A DNA stretch of 62,335 nt, filler included, from Dimorphilus gyrociliatus (taxonomy: Eukaryota; Animalia; Annelida): assembly GCA_904063045.1 (NCBI GenBank). It is 4 parts of 4 records of this genome, joined end to end, with 100 filler letters (N's around TTAATTAATTAA, not from the genome) between each part and the next. Parts side by side here need not be neighbours in the genome. Positions count along the whole stretch, not along the records: positions 1 to 15,953 come from CAJFCJ010000205.1; positions 16,054 to 27,162 come from CAJFCJ010000266.1; 2 more parts are not named here. One strand, written 5' to 3'. Positions 14,970-25,806 of this stretch are shown here, in pieces (the stretch's first letter is position 1; every line of letters begins with the position of its first letter). The notes beneath the pieces were generated by a model. It was not told the DNA's origin. It ran no database searches and worked only from the letters and a program-made list of their open reading frames with translations. Both the position numbers and the translations under genes were made by a program.

Positions 14970-15953
14970 AAAAATTATTTAAATCTTGAACAACAAAGTT
15001 TGTATTGAAATCTCAAGTTTATGAACACTTTAGTTAATGTTTTTGTTTTATATTCTTTATTATTCCACTAGCACTGAATAAATGTGATGAAAATCCAACA
15101 AAGAGAAAAAGTATCTTTTGCTAGGTTAGGATTATTGATAAAACCACGCATTTAATAAGGAAACAAACTTAATATTCTTGCAAACTACCAAAGTAATTCT
15201 ATCTAGAATCAGACTTTCAATTATTGTTATTGATAATCTGGATAACATGACTACTATGAACTATCTACTCTGCAAATTTATCTGTTCAATCATCTCTCTT
15301 GAATAAATTATTTCTTTGGAATATTTTGTGAAATGTAACAAATTTGAATGTCATTGTCTGGTAGTATTTATCAATAAAACATTTTTTTTTAATCAATCTT
15401 TTCAATGTTGTGCCGTTCCTTTGTCGATTATATAGTGGCTCCATCTGTTATAGTCAAATATTCTACTTAATATAAAACGATAGCATTGTACATACTAAAT
15501 ATGTCCAGGTACAAAAAGATAAAATATATCATTTGCTGGGTTTAGGCCTACCCAATATAAAGATTTTTATTCATCACTTTCTCATAAGTGTCCTTATAAA
15601 ACTTTATTCAAAAAACTAATAATTATATTCCAAGTACTGATAGTCCATTGTATTCAACCTAATTGCGCTGTTCAGTTTTAAATGGCTGAACTCATCACGT
15701 GACCTATCTAAACAGAAAAGAAAAAAAAGAGTGCTTTCTGGTATTGAATGATTTATTAAGAACCTATTGAAAAGAGGAAATTTTATAAAAAATATTTTCC
15801 ATATAACAATACACTACTCATAAAGAAATCTTTTAGGAGAAATTCTTTCTTGTACTAATCTATTGTCTTGTCATATCATCTTTACAATAGATAAGAAAAG
15901 GAAGGAAGTAGTAACAATACAATGAAATATTATTAATCAACAATCTTCAATAA

Positions 15954-16053
15954 NNNNNNNNNNNNNNNNNNNNNNNNNNNNNNNNNNNNNNNNNNNNTTA
16001 ATTAATTAANNNNNNNNNNNNNNNNNNNNNNNNNNNNNNNNNNNNNNNNNNNN
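15954..16053. other. Artificial contig-joining spacer N44-TTAATTAATTAA-N44
   Basis: Exactly 100 bp with a six-frame-stop 12-mer; identical at all three gaps. Confidence 0.97.
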
Positions 16054-16086
16054 AATTATGTTAAATATTTTGCATAAACAATTTTT

Positions 16087-17075
16087 GGTAAAATTTGCTT
16101 TCAGGGCCCCCTTAAAAATAAATATTAGAGAAAAATAAATAGACAGTTTCTTTTAAAATAAATTTTTATTAATTTTTATCCGCGCAAAAACTTCCATAAA
16201 CGGATTTTCTTTTTTTAGAAATAAATAATCTTTTATATGTTCACTTAAATTATTTTTTATGTTATTTCCTCTCGTTTTTAAGTAGTGTTTCAACCACTTC
16301 CATTGGTTTTCTATATTTTGAGTGTGAACTTCTGGTATAATTTTTCTTTAAATGCATCTTTATGTTTTATTGTGAAATGTCCATATTCATATAATTTAAT
16401 ATCACAATATCCTTTCCATTCGTCTGTAATGATAACAGAATAATCTTCTACATTTCTATTGATGATTTTTTGAAGTGTAGTTTTATCTCTTCTCATTGCA
16501 ACTTCAAAAAACACTCTTTTGTCGATCTACATAGTCCCCCAACTACCCAAACTTGTTCATTACATCTTCCTATGTTGTACTTACGTTTACTAATTGCACT
16601 TTCATCAATTTCTACTACCTTTCCATCACCTCCTATTTTAGTCAAATGATCTAACCCGATTTTGCTACGAATTAAATCAATCACTGTTTTATAAAGCTTA
16701 TAATTTATTCCATATTCCCTGTTTATTCCACAGAATGGTGTTTTAACAGACCATTCGTAGATTATAAAAATTATTTGTTTTAAAGATGCTTTGATGTTTG
16801 TAAATACTGAACCTTTGCGTATTGAAACCTTCAATTTACCACATTTTTTAGACTTACACAACCAAATTAATCCGTCAACATTGTGATGTGGTACTAAAAA
16901 CATTCCTTTTCTGCATTTTTTACAAAAAGATTTTTTTTTCAAAACTCCCAAATCACATAACCAAGAAAAAAAATTGCGCGGACAGATCATTTTATTATGC
17001 AATTCTATTCTATTTTCAACCATTGGGGGTCAATTTTACAAAACTTTAAGGGGGGCCCTGAAAGCAAATTTTACC
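16087..17075 (-). mobile_element. Merlin (IS1595/ISXO2-like) DNA transposon copy 1; transposase has two frameshifts
   Basis: TIR GGTAAAATTTGCTTTCAGGGCCCCCTTAAA at 16087 and inverted ending 17075. 8-bp TSD CAATTTTT on both sides. Motifs VVEIDESAISKRKYNIGR, IITDEWKGY, HTQNIENQWKWLK. ATG 17023 is preceded by CCCCCA. Confidence 0.9.
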
Positions 17076-17150
17076 CAATTTTTTATTAGATACAGATTTT
17101 GAAATACTTTCTATTTTAAAAAAAAATATTTTTTAATGATTTTTAAAAAA

Positions 17151-17305
17151 TACAAATTTTAAATTATTTTCCAACTTCAAAAAAAAAGAAATTTTTAAAA
17201 AATAAAAATTTGTGATAATTTTCTATTTTAAAAAAATACAGATTTTAAATTATTTTCCAACTTCAAAAAAAAAGAAATTTTTAAAAAATAAAAATTTGTG
17301 ATAAT
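17151..17305. repeat. Local direct duplication with period of about 86 bp
   Basis: ttttaaattattttccaacttcaaaaaaaaagaaatttttaaaaaataaaaatttgtgataat occurs twice (about 17157 and 17243). Confidence 0.8.
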
Positions 17306-17393
17306 GATCTGCTTTACTTAAAGTGTTTTATTTAATAAGTAATACATTTTTAATGATTTTTAAAAAACTTTTAATTTGAATACAATTTTTGTT

Positions 17394-17735
17394 TTAAAAT
17401 AGAAAAATATATCTACGTAACAAAGAGCCATAAAACTGTCTTAAAGAAGTAACTTTGTTTTTAAAAATGAATAAAATAGAGAGAATTTGTATAATAAAAC
17501 CAAAGGCCATATATCCATTAAAAAGCATAAATAAACTCATTAATAGAAATAAAATAGAATAAAAATTCTTAAAAACCAAAATATTATTAAATCGAGGTTT
17601 ACATATCAACATTGTACCAAAAGTCATTATAAAATATCCTGAGATGATCAATGCTCTATCATATAAAAGAATGGAACCTAAAATGAAAAAAAATCCACCA
17701 ATAATAAATAAAATAAATCCTGTCTCTTTGTCCAT
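17394..17735 (-). CDS. GOT1: Got1-family ER-Golgi vesicle transport membrane protein (113 aa, intronless)
   Basis: MDKETGFILFIIGGFFFILGSILLYDRALIISG resembles the Got1 N-terminal G..F..LG..L.FDR.L pattern, with hydrophobic segments throughout. The likely start is 17735 (CCCCCAA-ATG), not the upstream ATG in the ORF track. Confidence 0.7.
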   Translation of the reverse strand: MDKETGFILFIIGGFFFILGSILLYDRALIISGYFIMTFGTMLICKPRFNNILVFKNFYSILFLLMSLFMLFNGYMAFGFIIQILSILFIFKNKVTSLRQFYGSLLRRYIFLF

Positions 17736-17871
17736 TTGGGGGTGTTTATGCAATAAAAGTGTAAAAGAAAGATTTTTTACTGAATTTAAATTTTTTAAAA
17801 AATATAAGAAATAAAAAAAAATAGATCTAATAAATTCAAATTGAATATTCAATTTCAAATAAAAAATACCC
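17736..17871. promoter_or_regulatory. 136-bp bidirectional promoter with CCC signals before both ATGs and an 18-bp palindrome
   Basis: CCC-ATG on + (17869-17874), CCCCCAA-ATG on -, perfect palindrome AAATTGAATATTCAATTT at 17838-17855. Confidence 0.6.
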
Positions 17872-19056
17872 ATGAAATACCATCCAGAATTATTATTAGA
17901 ATTATCTAATTATAAAAAAAATAATGAATTAAATATACCAACACTTTTATTATCAATTTTTATAAATTTTAAGGATGGTTATTCAATAGAAAAATTAAAG
18001 GAAATTTTTTATTCATATAGGAAAAAGAAATTTATTAAAAAAGACATAATAAATTACCTAAATGATGAAATAAAAAATAATTTTATTTTTATAAAGATTT
18101 GCATAAATACAGAAAATGAAGTTCAAATCAGAGAAGTACAAGAGCATGAAGAATCTTCATTTGTATTTCTGAAGAACTGTTTTTCTAGTAAAAATAAGGT
18201 ATATTCAATTTCAATGATAGAAGAAGTTATAAAAAATACTGTTAAACAACAAAATGAATTTTCTGCAAAGATTCAGCTAAAAATAATAAATTTTTTTAAA
18301 GCTGAAATGAAAAAAAAAATTTTAGATGCGAAATTGAAAAAAAAAGAAGAAGAAAAGAAAAAAACTAAAAAAACAATCAAGTCCGGAAAATTTAACAAAT
18401 TAAATTTCACAGAACTGAAAAGAGTAAAACAGGATTTTACAAAATTTGGTATGTTTACTGTTTTAGAGACAGATAATAATAAGATATGTTATGATTATAA
18501 AACACCATATTTAAAAAGATTAAGAAGACCGGAATACGTGAAAGATCCTGTAAAATTGACTTATATCAATTTAGGTAATCCCTTGAGAAAACCTAAATAT
18601 GAAATTCGTGACAAAATTCCGAGAAAGAATAGTTTATTAAAGATAAATAATCAAATAGATTATGAATATGATTCTGACGAAGAGTGGGAATATTGTGAAG
18701 GGGAAGATATCGACTCTATAAGCAGTACTGAGTTAGAGTCAACTACTGAAGATGAAGAACTTAAACAATTTATAGAAAAAGATGAAATTTTTAAAAAAAC
18801 TTACTTAAAACCAACTCTTCATAAATCTAACCTAAAAACAGTTGTATTTAAAGAATATGATGTTGATTCTTGGAGAAAGACACCTTTTTTCAGAAATCAT
18901 ATTATTCAAAAAGAACACGAAATAGAAATTGAAAATATGTTAAAAAATGGAAATAGTCTAGAAAAAATACAAGAAGAAATTAATAGTAAGTATAATTTAA
19001 ACATATATGTTATTTCTAAGAAAATTAAAGAAATATTAAAAAATAATAAAATTTGA
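17872..19056 (+). CDS. RLF2: Chromatin assembly factor 1 large subunit (Rlf2/Cac1/p150), reduced form, 394 aa, intronless
   Basis: K/E-rich coiled stretch followed by RNPL-like GNPLRKP and IDYEYDSDEEWEYCEGEDI (CAF1A DY.YDSD.EW signature plus acidic tract). Confidence 0.8.
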   Translation: MKYHPELLLELSNYKKNNELNIPTLLLSIFINFKDGYSIEKLKEIFYSYRKKKFIKKDIINYLNDEIKNNFIFIKICINTENEVQIREVQEHEESSFVFLKNCFSSKNKVYSISMIEEVIKNTVKQQNEFSAKIQLKIINFFKAEMKKKILDAKLKKKEEEKKKTKKTIKSGKFNKLNFTELKRVKQDFTKFGMFTVLETDNNKICYDYKTPYLKRLRRPEYVKDPVKLTYINLGNPLRKPKYEIRDKIPRKNSLLKINNQIDYEYDSDEEWEYCEGEDIDSISSTELESTTEDEELKQFIEKDEIFKKTYLKPTLHKSNLKTVVFKEYDVDSWRKTPFFRNHIIQKEHEIEIENMLKNGNSLEKIQEEINSKYNLNIYVISKKIKEILKNNKI

Positions 19057-19249
19057 TAAATAGTTTATTTTTATAGGAATGTTTAATACAAAACATATTA
19101 ATTTAAATTATATTTAATGTAAAAATTCAACTTTTATTAATTTTTTTATTTTTTATTTATTCTATATAAAAAAGTATTAACACAAAAGAATTGATTGAAA
19201 TTACTAATTTTATATATAAAATTAGAAAACACAAAGGATAAAATTATTT

Positions 19250-20222
19250 GGTAAAAATTGCTTTCAGGGCCTTCTTAAAATAAAATATTAGAAAGAAATA
19301 AAAATATAAGTAAATTTAAAATGACATTTTAATAATTTTCATCCGAGACAAAATGTCTAAAAATGGATTTTCTTTTTTTAGAAATAAATAATCGTTTATA
19401 TTATTCTTTATATTACTACCACGACTTTTTAGGTAGTGTTTCAACCATTTCCATTGATTTTCAATGTTTTGTGTGTGAATTTCTGGTATATTTTTTTTTA
19501 AAGTTAGTTTTATGTTTAATTGTAAAATGCCCATAATCATGATATTTTATGTCATTATATCCTTTCCATTCATCGGTTATAATAATGGAAAGTTCTTCTA
19601 CATGTTTATTGATAATTCTTTGAAGAGTTAATGAATCTCTTTTTTCTACAACTTCAAAAAAGCATCTTCTTGTGGCTTTACAAAGACCACCAACCAACCA
19701 CAATTGCTCATTACACCTTCCTACATTATATTTTCGCTTAGTAACAGCACTTTCATCAATCTCTATGACTAAACCAGGACCTCCTATTCTAGCTGAGCTG
19801 TCAGATGTAATTTTACTTCTAATTAGCTATATGACTGTTTTATAAAGTTTATAGTTTATGTAATATTGTTCAAATATATCTATAGTTGGCGTTTTTATGG
19901 ACCATTCAAAGATTATAAAAATTATTTTTTTTAGTGATGCTTTTATTTTAGTGAAAACAGAGCCATCACGAATTGAAACCTTACTCTTAACACATTTCTT
20001 TGATTTACACATCCAAATTAAGCCATATATGTTATGATGTGCTACTATATTTCTATCAATTTTACATTTTTTACAGAATGATTTTTTTTTCAAAATATTC
20101 AATTAAGAGAACCACGAAAAAAAAGTGCTCGGACTAATCATTTTTTCTTGCAATTGCAACCTTGTTATTGACATTAGGGGAATATAATTCAGTTTTAAGG
20201 GGCTCTGAAAGCAATTTTTACC
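19250..20222 (-). mobile_element. Merlin transposon copy 2, diverged and degenerate
   Basis: TIR GGTAAAAATTGCTTTCAGGGCC at 19250 and inverted ending 20222. Motifs VIEIDESAVTKRKYNVGR, IITDEWKGY, HTQNIENQW. One in-frame TAG and frameshifts; no clean TSD. CCCCTA precedes the ATG. Confidence 0.85.
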
Positions 20223-21471
20223 TAAAAATTTTTTGGATGTTATTAAAAAAAAGATGTTTTATAATCAGATTAGAGTAATATAAATTACTGAAATATTAGA
20301 CATAGCTAGTCAAAAAACGTTTTTCTAAATTCTTTTTCCCCAAAATTTATATGTCTAATTTTTACCTTGATAACATTTAAACATCTTTATGTATATCTTT
20401 TATTATTTTAGAACAGATTTGTTACTAACTTAGATAGTTAGAACTTCCGTTGTATTCTTGTTTTAAGAAAGTAAGAGTGTTAGTATAAGCTTTATCAATA
20501 CCTATAAATTCTCTATATTGTTAAACATTGTGAATAATAGGACCATATCATTAGGATCATCTCATTTTCCACCAAATGTGTAACTGATTAAGTATAAAAT
20601 TTAGGATGTTTTCCTATAAAAAATGTTCTCTTGGCTTTATAGTACTTATTTAAAAAGTTAAATTCTTACCTACTAGTTTCAATCGTTCTATCTTTTGTAA
20701 AAATCTCAATAAAATTATGTTTCCTAATATGCTACCTTTTAGGCAACCAATGCAGTTGAACCTTACATTTCTTATAAATGCTTATATTTAATAAAATGTT
20801 TGTTTCCTACAATACGAATTGCCTACCATCAGACCAAATTATTTTAATGTGTAATCTTCACATTATATAATATTATAATTATAAGCTATGTTTGGCATTA
20901 AAGCCATGTTTTTATTTATTAATAAAGAGACTTTTTGATTAATATATTTTAGAATAACTCCATCTTATTTATTTCTTGTTTTATCGAGAAAGTCATCAAC
21001 TTAATTGAATGAAATTTTAAAAGCATTTTTGATAATATCATCTATTTTAGTTAATTTTGCATTGCTGATAAATTTATATCTTTCTAAATCAGTTTTACGG
21101 TAGAAATTATTTTCTTGAAAGCTTTTTTTAAAAATTAAGTATATTCAAGCGAGGGACGTTTATCATTAAGAAACTTCTTTTATGGGTGTAACGATTTCTC
21201 ATAGTACCAATATGCGTTCCTTTTATTGTTTATTTAGAGTAATTAGTTATTAGTATATTGAACATTTGATTTTTTATATAAAATGTACAAATAATAAACG
21301 AATTCTACTCTAACGCTCTCGTTTTTTGCTAGTATTTTTACATTTGGGATTATATATATCATTTATACAGCAATAATAAGTTTTTATAAATTTATTTAAA
21401 AAATGAAGAAAATTAACTCCCAAATAAAAAATTCCATTTTCATATATAAATATTATATATTTATATATATG

Positions 21472-21510
21472 ACTAGTAAGCTTAGCACCCGTTTTAAAAA
21501 TAGGTGGTTG
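21472..21510 (-). mobile_element. Possible Helitron 3' terminus
   Basis: Minus strand reads CACCTATTTTTAAAACGGGTG (hairpin), then ctaagctta, then CTAG followed by T, the canonical Helitron 3' geometry. The 5' end was not located. Confidence 0.4.
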
Positions 21511-21582
21511 AATAAATAAACTACCATTATATAAACAATTTTTCTTCTCTATAATAACTCTTTGTAAACAACATTATTAATA

Positions 21583-23035
21583 CAGTCTGGGAAAAAAAAG
21601 AAACAAGTTAAAAAAGTCAAAAATGGCATCTACTTAGGCTATTTAATAAATTTTATTACAATTATTTTATTCAGGTTAATGATATTTATATAAAGGGAAT
21701 TGTTTTTATTTAAAACCTGATTTTATTGACTTTATAACCAAAATAAGTTTCAACAAATCTTAATTTTGAAGAAAAAATTCAACAAAACCAATTTAATAAA
21801 AATATGCTTTCCTTTGTTTCTTATACACTCTACTATTCTTTTATTCATTGATTCACACAGTTTTTTAGACAGATCTGGTGTTATTGTATTCCAAACTTCT
21901 ATTATTTTTGCTTTTAATTCATCATGAGAAGAGAACGATTTAATTCTCAATTCATATTTAATTATTGTCCAAAGGTTTTCGATTGGGTTCAAATAAGGGG
22001 ACTGTGATAGCCACTGTAGTAAATTAATATTATTTGTTTGAAAATACCTTTTAGAAAACCGACTTGTATGCTTAGGGTCATTGTCTTGCTGGAATTTAAT
22101 GACATTACAAGCTAACTGTTCTTTAATTTCAGGCAAATTTGTTGCTAATATTGATACATACTTGACAGCATCCATTATTCCATCAATAAAGTGTAACTTC
22201 CCCACTCCTTTCGAACTAAAACACCCCATACCATTATTTTTTTATATCCATACTTTTTTGTCAGGTTAATAGGTGTTTTCATATCATCACTTTTCCACAC
22301 CTTAAACCTTCCAGCATCATTGAAATATGAAAACGATGTTTCATCACTGAAAATAACATCGTTCCAGTAGTTCTTCCCGAGAAACAACCAGCTTTTGCTA
22401 TTTTTAACCCCTACTCATATGGTGGGGCAGATGCGGGGGTTTATTGGTGTTACTGCTCTGAATCCACTGCCTTTGAGGAAATTACGAATTGTACGCGATG
22501 TAATCGTAATTTTACGTTCTTCATACAGTTCTCTAGCAATTTTATAGCTACTTATTAAACTATCAGTCTTAAATTTTTTTTGATTAGTGATAAATCATGA
22601 TTATTTAACACCTTTTTCCTATCAGTCCCCGTTTTACGTTTTACTGACCGAATTCTTCATATCGTTTAACAATTCTCGAAACAGTAGACAAGCTAATACC
22701 CATTTTTTCGGAAATGTCCTATATGTATATCCTCTTTTTTCAGGGATAAAACCTGACCTTTATCAAACTCGGTGTATTGAGCTTTCATAGGGGCTAAATA
22801 CGTTATATATTTATACTAAAGTGGAGGGAAATTGTATTTTATTTTTTTTTCCCAAAATTAAGATTGATGAAACTTATTTTGGTTATAAAGTCAATAAAAT
22901 CAGGTTTTAAATAACAACAATTTACATTATATAAATATCATTAAGATTGAATAAAGTATTGTAATAAAGTTTATTAAATAAATAAAGTAGATTTGATTTT
23001 TGACTTTTTTTCTTTTCATTTTTTTTCCCAGACTG
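21583..23035 (-). mobile_element. Tc1-like (DD34E) transposon with long (about 190 bp) inverted repeats; transposase is a pseudogene
   Basis: TA-CAGTCTGGG...CCCAGACTG-TA ends. Inverted repeats about 21583-21775 and 22845-23035. ATG 22788. Motifs FSDETSF and FQQDNDPKH...LNPIENLW, with 34 residues between the second D and the E. Stops and frameshifts present. Confidence 0.9.
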
Positions 23036-24055
23036 TATTTGTGCGCTAAAAAATAACATTTTTAAAAAAATTGTATTTATTAAGAATAGGCTCAAATAGT
23101 TTCTGTTTTTTCAATTGTATTTTTATTTAATTAATAAATTTTAGCAGATGATATATTTTTTATCAGTTTAAAATCAATAAATTAATAAAAGCTCAAATTA
23201 GATCAAAATATAGTTTAATCTTGAGCGAAGATTATTTGAAATTATGTTCTTATACAAACTATTCTCTACTTAAAAAAGTATAAAAAATATTTGAATAAAT
23301 TCATTTTTTATAATTTTCCAAAAAAAATAAAACTTTAAAATGTTAATAAGTATATTTTATACATTGCTTATAAGAAAAGACTTTTATAATTTATAATAAA
23401 ATAAATTTAATCAAGTATTTTTTATATTGTTGATTTTTACATCATCATAAAAAATTCTTATTTAATTAATTATAATTTTTTAAACGTAAGATTTGTTATT
23501 ATTTATTTTTTATAAAGACTGTAAATTTAAAATATGGATAAAAATACACTAAAAAGGAACTTTTGATTTTTTTAAAAAATAATTATCCGTAAATATACCA
23601 AAAAGGAAATAGCTTATAATCAATTCTTATATAAGCTATCTAAGAAATCAAAATCAATAGGTTTATAATTTTTATAATTAGAAAGTAAATACTAAAAATA
23701 TATTTTTAATGATGGACATTTATAGACTGATTATACCAATTATGGTTTGTACTTTTGCTTATTACTTAAAATTAGAGAATATTGTTTAATTTCTAATTTA
23801 AAGATTTTGCTGCTTTTGTTAATATACAAAGTAGAGTGTAAATAGTATATTCATAGAATTTTTAAGTTTCATTATTATCATTTACAAATTTGAGAAAAAC
23901 ACATCATAAAAATATACAAAAAACTTTAAATTAAAAATTAAACAATATTCTCTAATTTTAAATAATAAGTAAAAGTATGATTCTATTTTTAGAAAGACAT
24001 GATTTACGTTTCCTTATTTGTCAGATACTATAAAAGCGATCGTGTTTAGATACCC

Positions 24056-25098
24056 ATGTCATCAATTTTATGCTTATTTAACCTTTCAATTATAAGTACA
24101 GCTGCATCTAAAAACTATTGTTATGACCGTATTAGTAAAAAAATAGAAGAGTTGGATGATAAATGTATTGCAAGATTTGCATGTGGTAAAGGTGCTGCTA
24201 TTTGTGGTTGGATTAATAGGGATCTGAAGAAGTATAATGAATATATAAATTCTAATCAGGAAGAAATTTCTCAGGATGATATAATTGATGCACAGAGTAT
24301 TCTTATTTCAAGTATTCGAAAGATGAATGATGTGCTCAAAAATTCATATGGCACTGAAGAGTTAATGAATTGCTATCTTGAAATTGTTTCAGAAATGAAT
24401 AAATTATTTAATCAGGACGACCTAGAAGAATATTATTCAAAAATGAAAATTAATGAAATTCCACCAAATAGAAATCGTCCCCTGTCTATAAAAAAGAACA
24501 AGCAAAGGAAAGTGAAGAGTATAGGGAGAAAAAAAGTGAAAGAATAGTAGAGTCTAAAGGGGCACATGGGTGGATTATAAGATTAGGACCCTGGAAATTC
24601 GAGAGAGACCCAGATCATGTACCTTATTTATACAGAGTTGGGAATCGTATTGCTGAAACAGTCAGATATTATACAGTATATAATAATAGTGAAGAGAGCA
24701 ATAGTAGCGCAGGTGTAGTACCAATAGAAGACGTAGATAGCGATGATTGTATATTTGTTGACACTATTGAAGTAAAAGAAGAACCCCTACACACTGAACC
24801 ATGTCGGCCTATTCAAAATCAACAAAGCAAGGGAAAACTTAGGAGATCACAAGCTGAATTAAAATCAGGAAATGAAAAGAAGCAAAGTCGGGAATTCACA
24901 GAACAATCATCTTCGTCAACTAACGAGTCTAAAAATTTGAGAAAGAAAAAACAAAGAAATAATAACAATCATGAGCAAGAAGAAGAGAATGAAAGCGAAA
25001 GCAGAACAAAAAGAAATCTCTATTCGAGAATACGGAGTGAACTATCACCAGACTTTGACGGGGAAGATGATACGGACCGACAAATAACTCGTGTATAA
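24056..25098 (+). CDS. Orphan intronless gene with N-terminal signal-like sequence; 163 aa as read, about 347 aa if a -1 shift at the A7 run (about 24529-24535) is allowed
   Basis: CCC-ATG start, MSSILCLFNLSIISTAA. The -1 frame after GGGAGAAAAAAAGTG is open for about 187 codons (..SERIVESKGAHGWIIRLGPWKF..KNLRKKKQR..ITRV*) to TAA at 25096-25098. Confidence 0.6.
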
Positions 25099-25806
25099 CT
25101 TTTTACCTTAGTTTTACATTCTAGTTATTGGTTTAATTAGAGTTCTTATTCAATTTTATTTATTATATTTCAATCAGACTTCAGCTAAATTATTACCGTG
25201 GTTTATAGGATTAGTTGCAATTTAAGGTATTTTAATTTTATTGAATAAAACTTATTAATTATTTTTTTTTAAGTATTTGATGCCTTTATTTAAAATTATA
25301 AGTTTACCAATTTAGGTATTAAGCGATGCAAAGTTAAAATACTCTTTTTTAATATTTAGCCCAAATGTTTATAAAGCTAATTGTTCAATATACAATTTAA
25401 CAGACTTACCAAAAAAGTCCCTGTTTAGTTTTATATTAATATAAATTTTCAATTGTATTTCAAATCTCAATTTTTTACATATTTAACAACTTTTTAAAAA
25501 TTATTGTTGATTTACAAAATGCAAAAGAGACTTTTTTAATTTCGTTTTTTAATTGATGAACACTATTGTATAATTATATTTAGACAATTCAAGTTTTTAT
25601 GATAATTTATCATATATATATAATATATTTCGATCAACTAAAAAACTGAACAGAATTTGTGTTTAAAAGAGCTGTAAAATGGTTTTTTATAAACTAGGAA
25701 AACCATCAAAAATAAACACCTCAAACAAATGCGATGATACTATAAACAGTAACTTCGCACTTTTATAATTTCTTGATATTTATTTTTCGTATTTAACAAT
25801 TCTATA

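Noticed and set aside
17736-17873. 46-aa N-terminal extension of Got1 shown in the ORF track
   Set aside because: Low-complexity AT-rich sequence overlapping the RLF2 start; family similarity and the CCC signal begin at ATG 17735
16087-20222. Composite transposon: two co-oriented Merlins carrying GOT1 and RLF2
   Set aside because: Copy 1 has its own 8-bp TSD, the outer flanks do not match (CAATTTTT versus TAAAAATT), and the copies are diverged; independent insertions fit better
20300-21340. Possible decayed coding or retroelement sequence on the minus strand
   Set aside because: Stops in all frames and no diagnostic motif could be read
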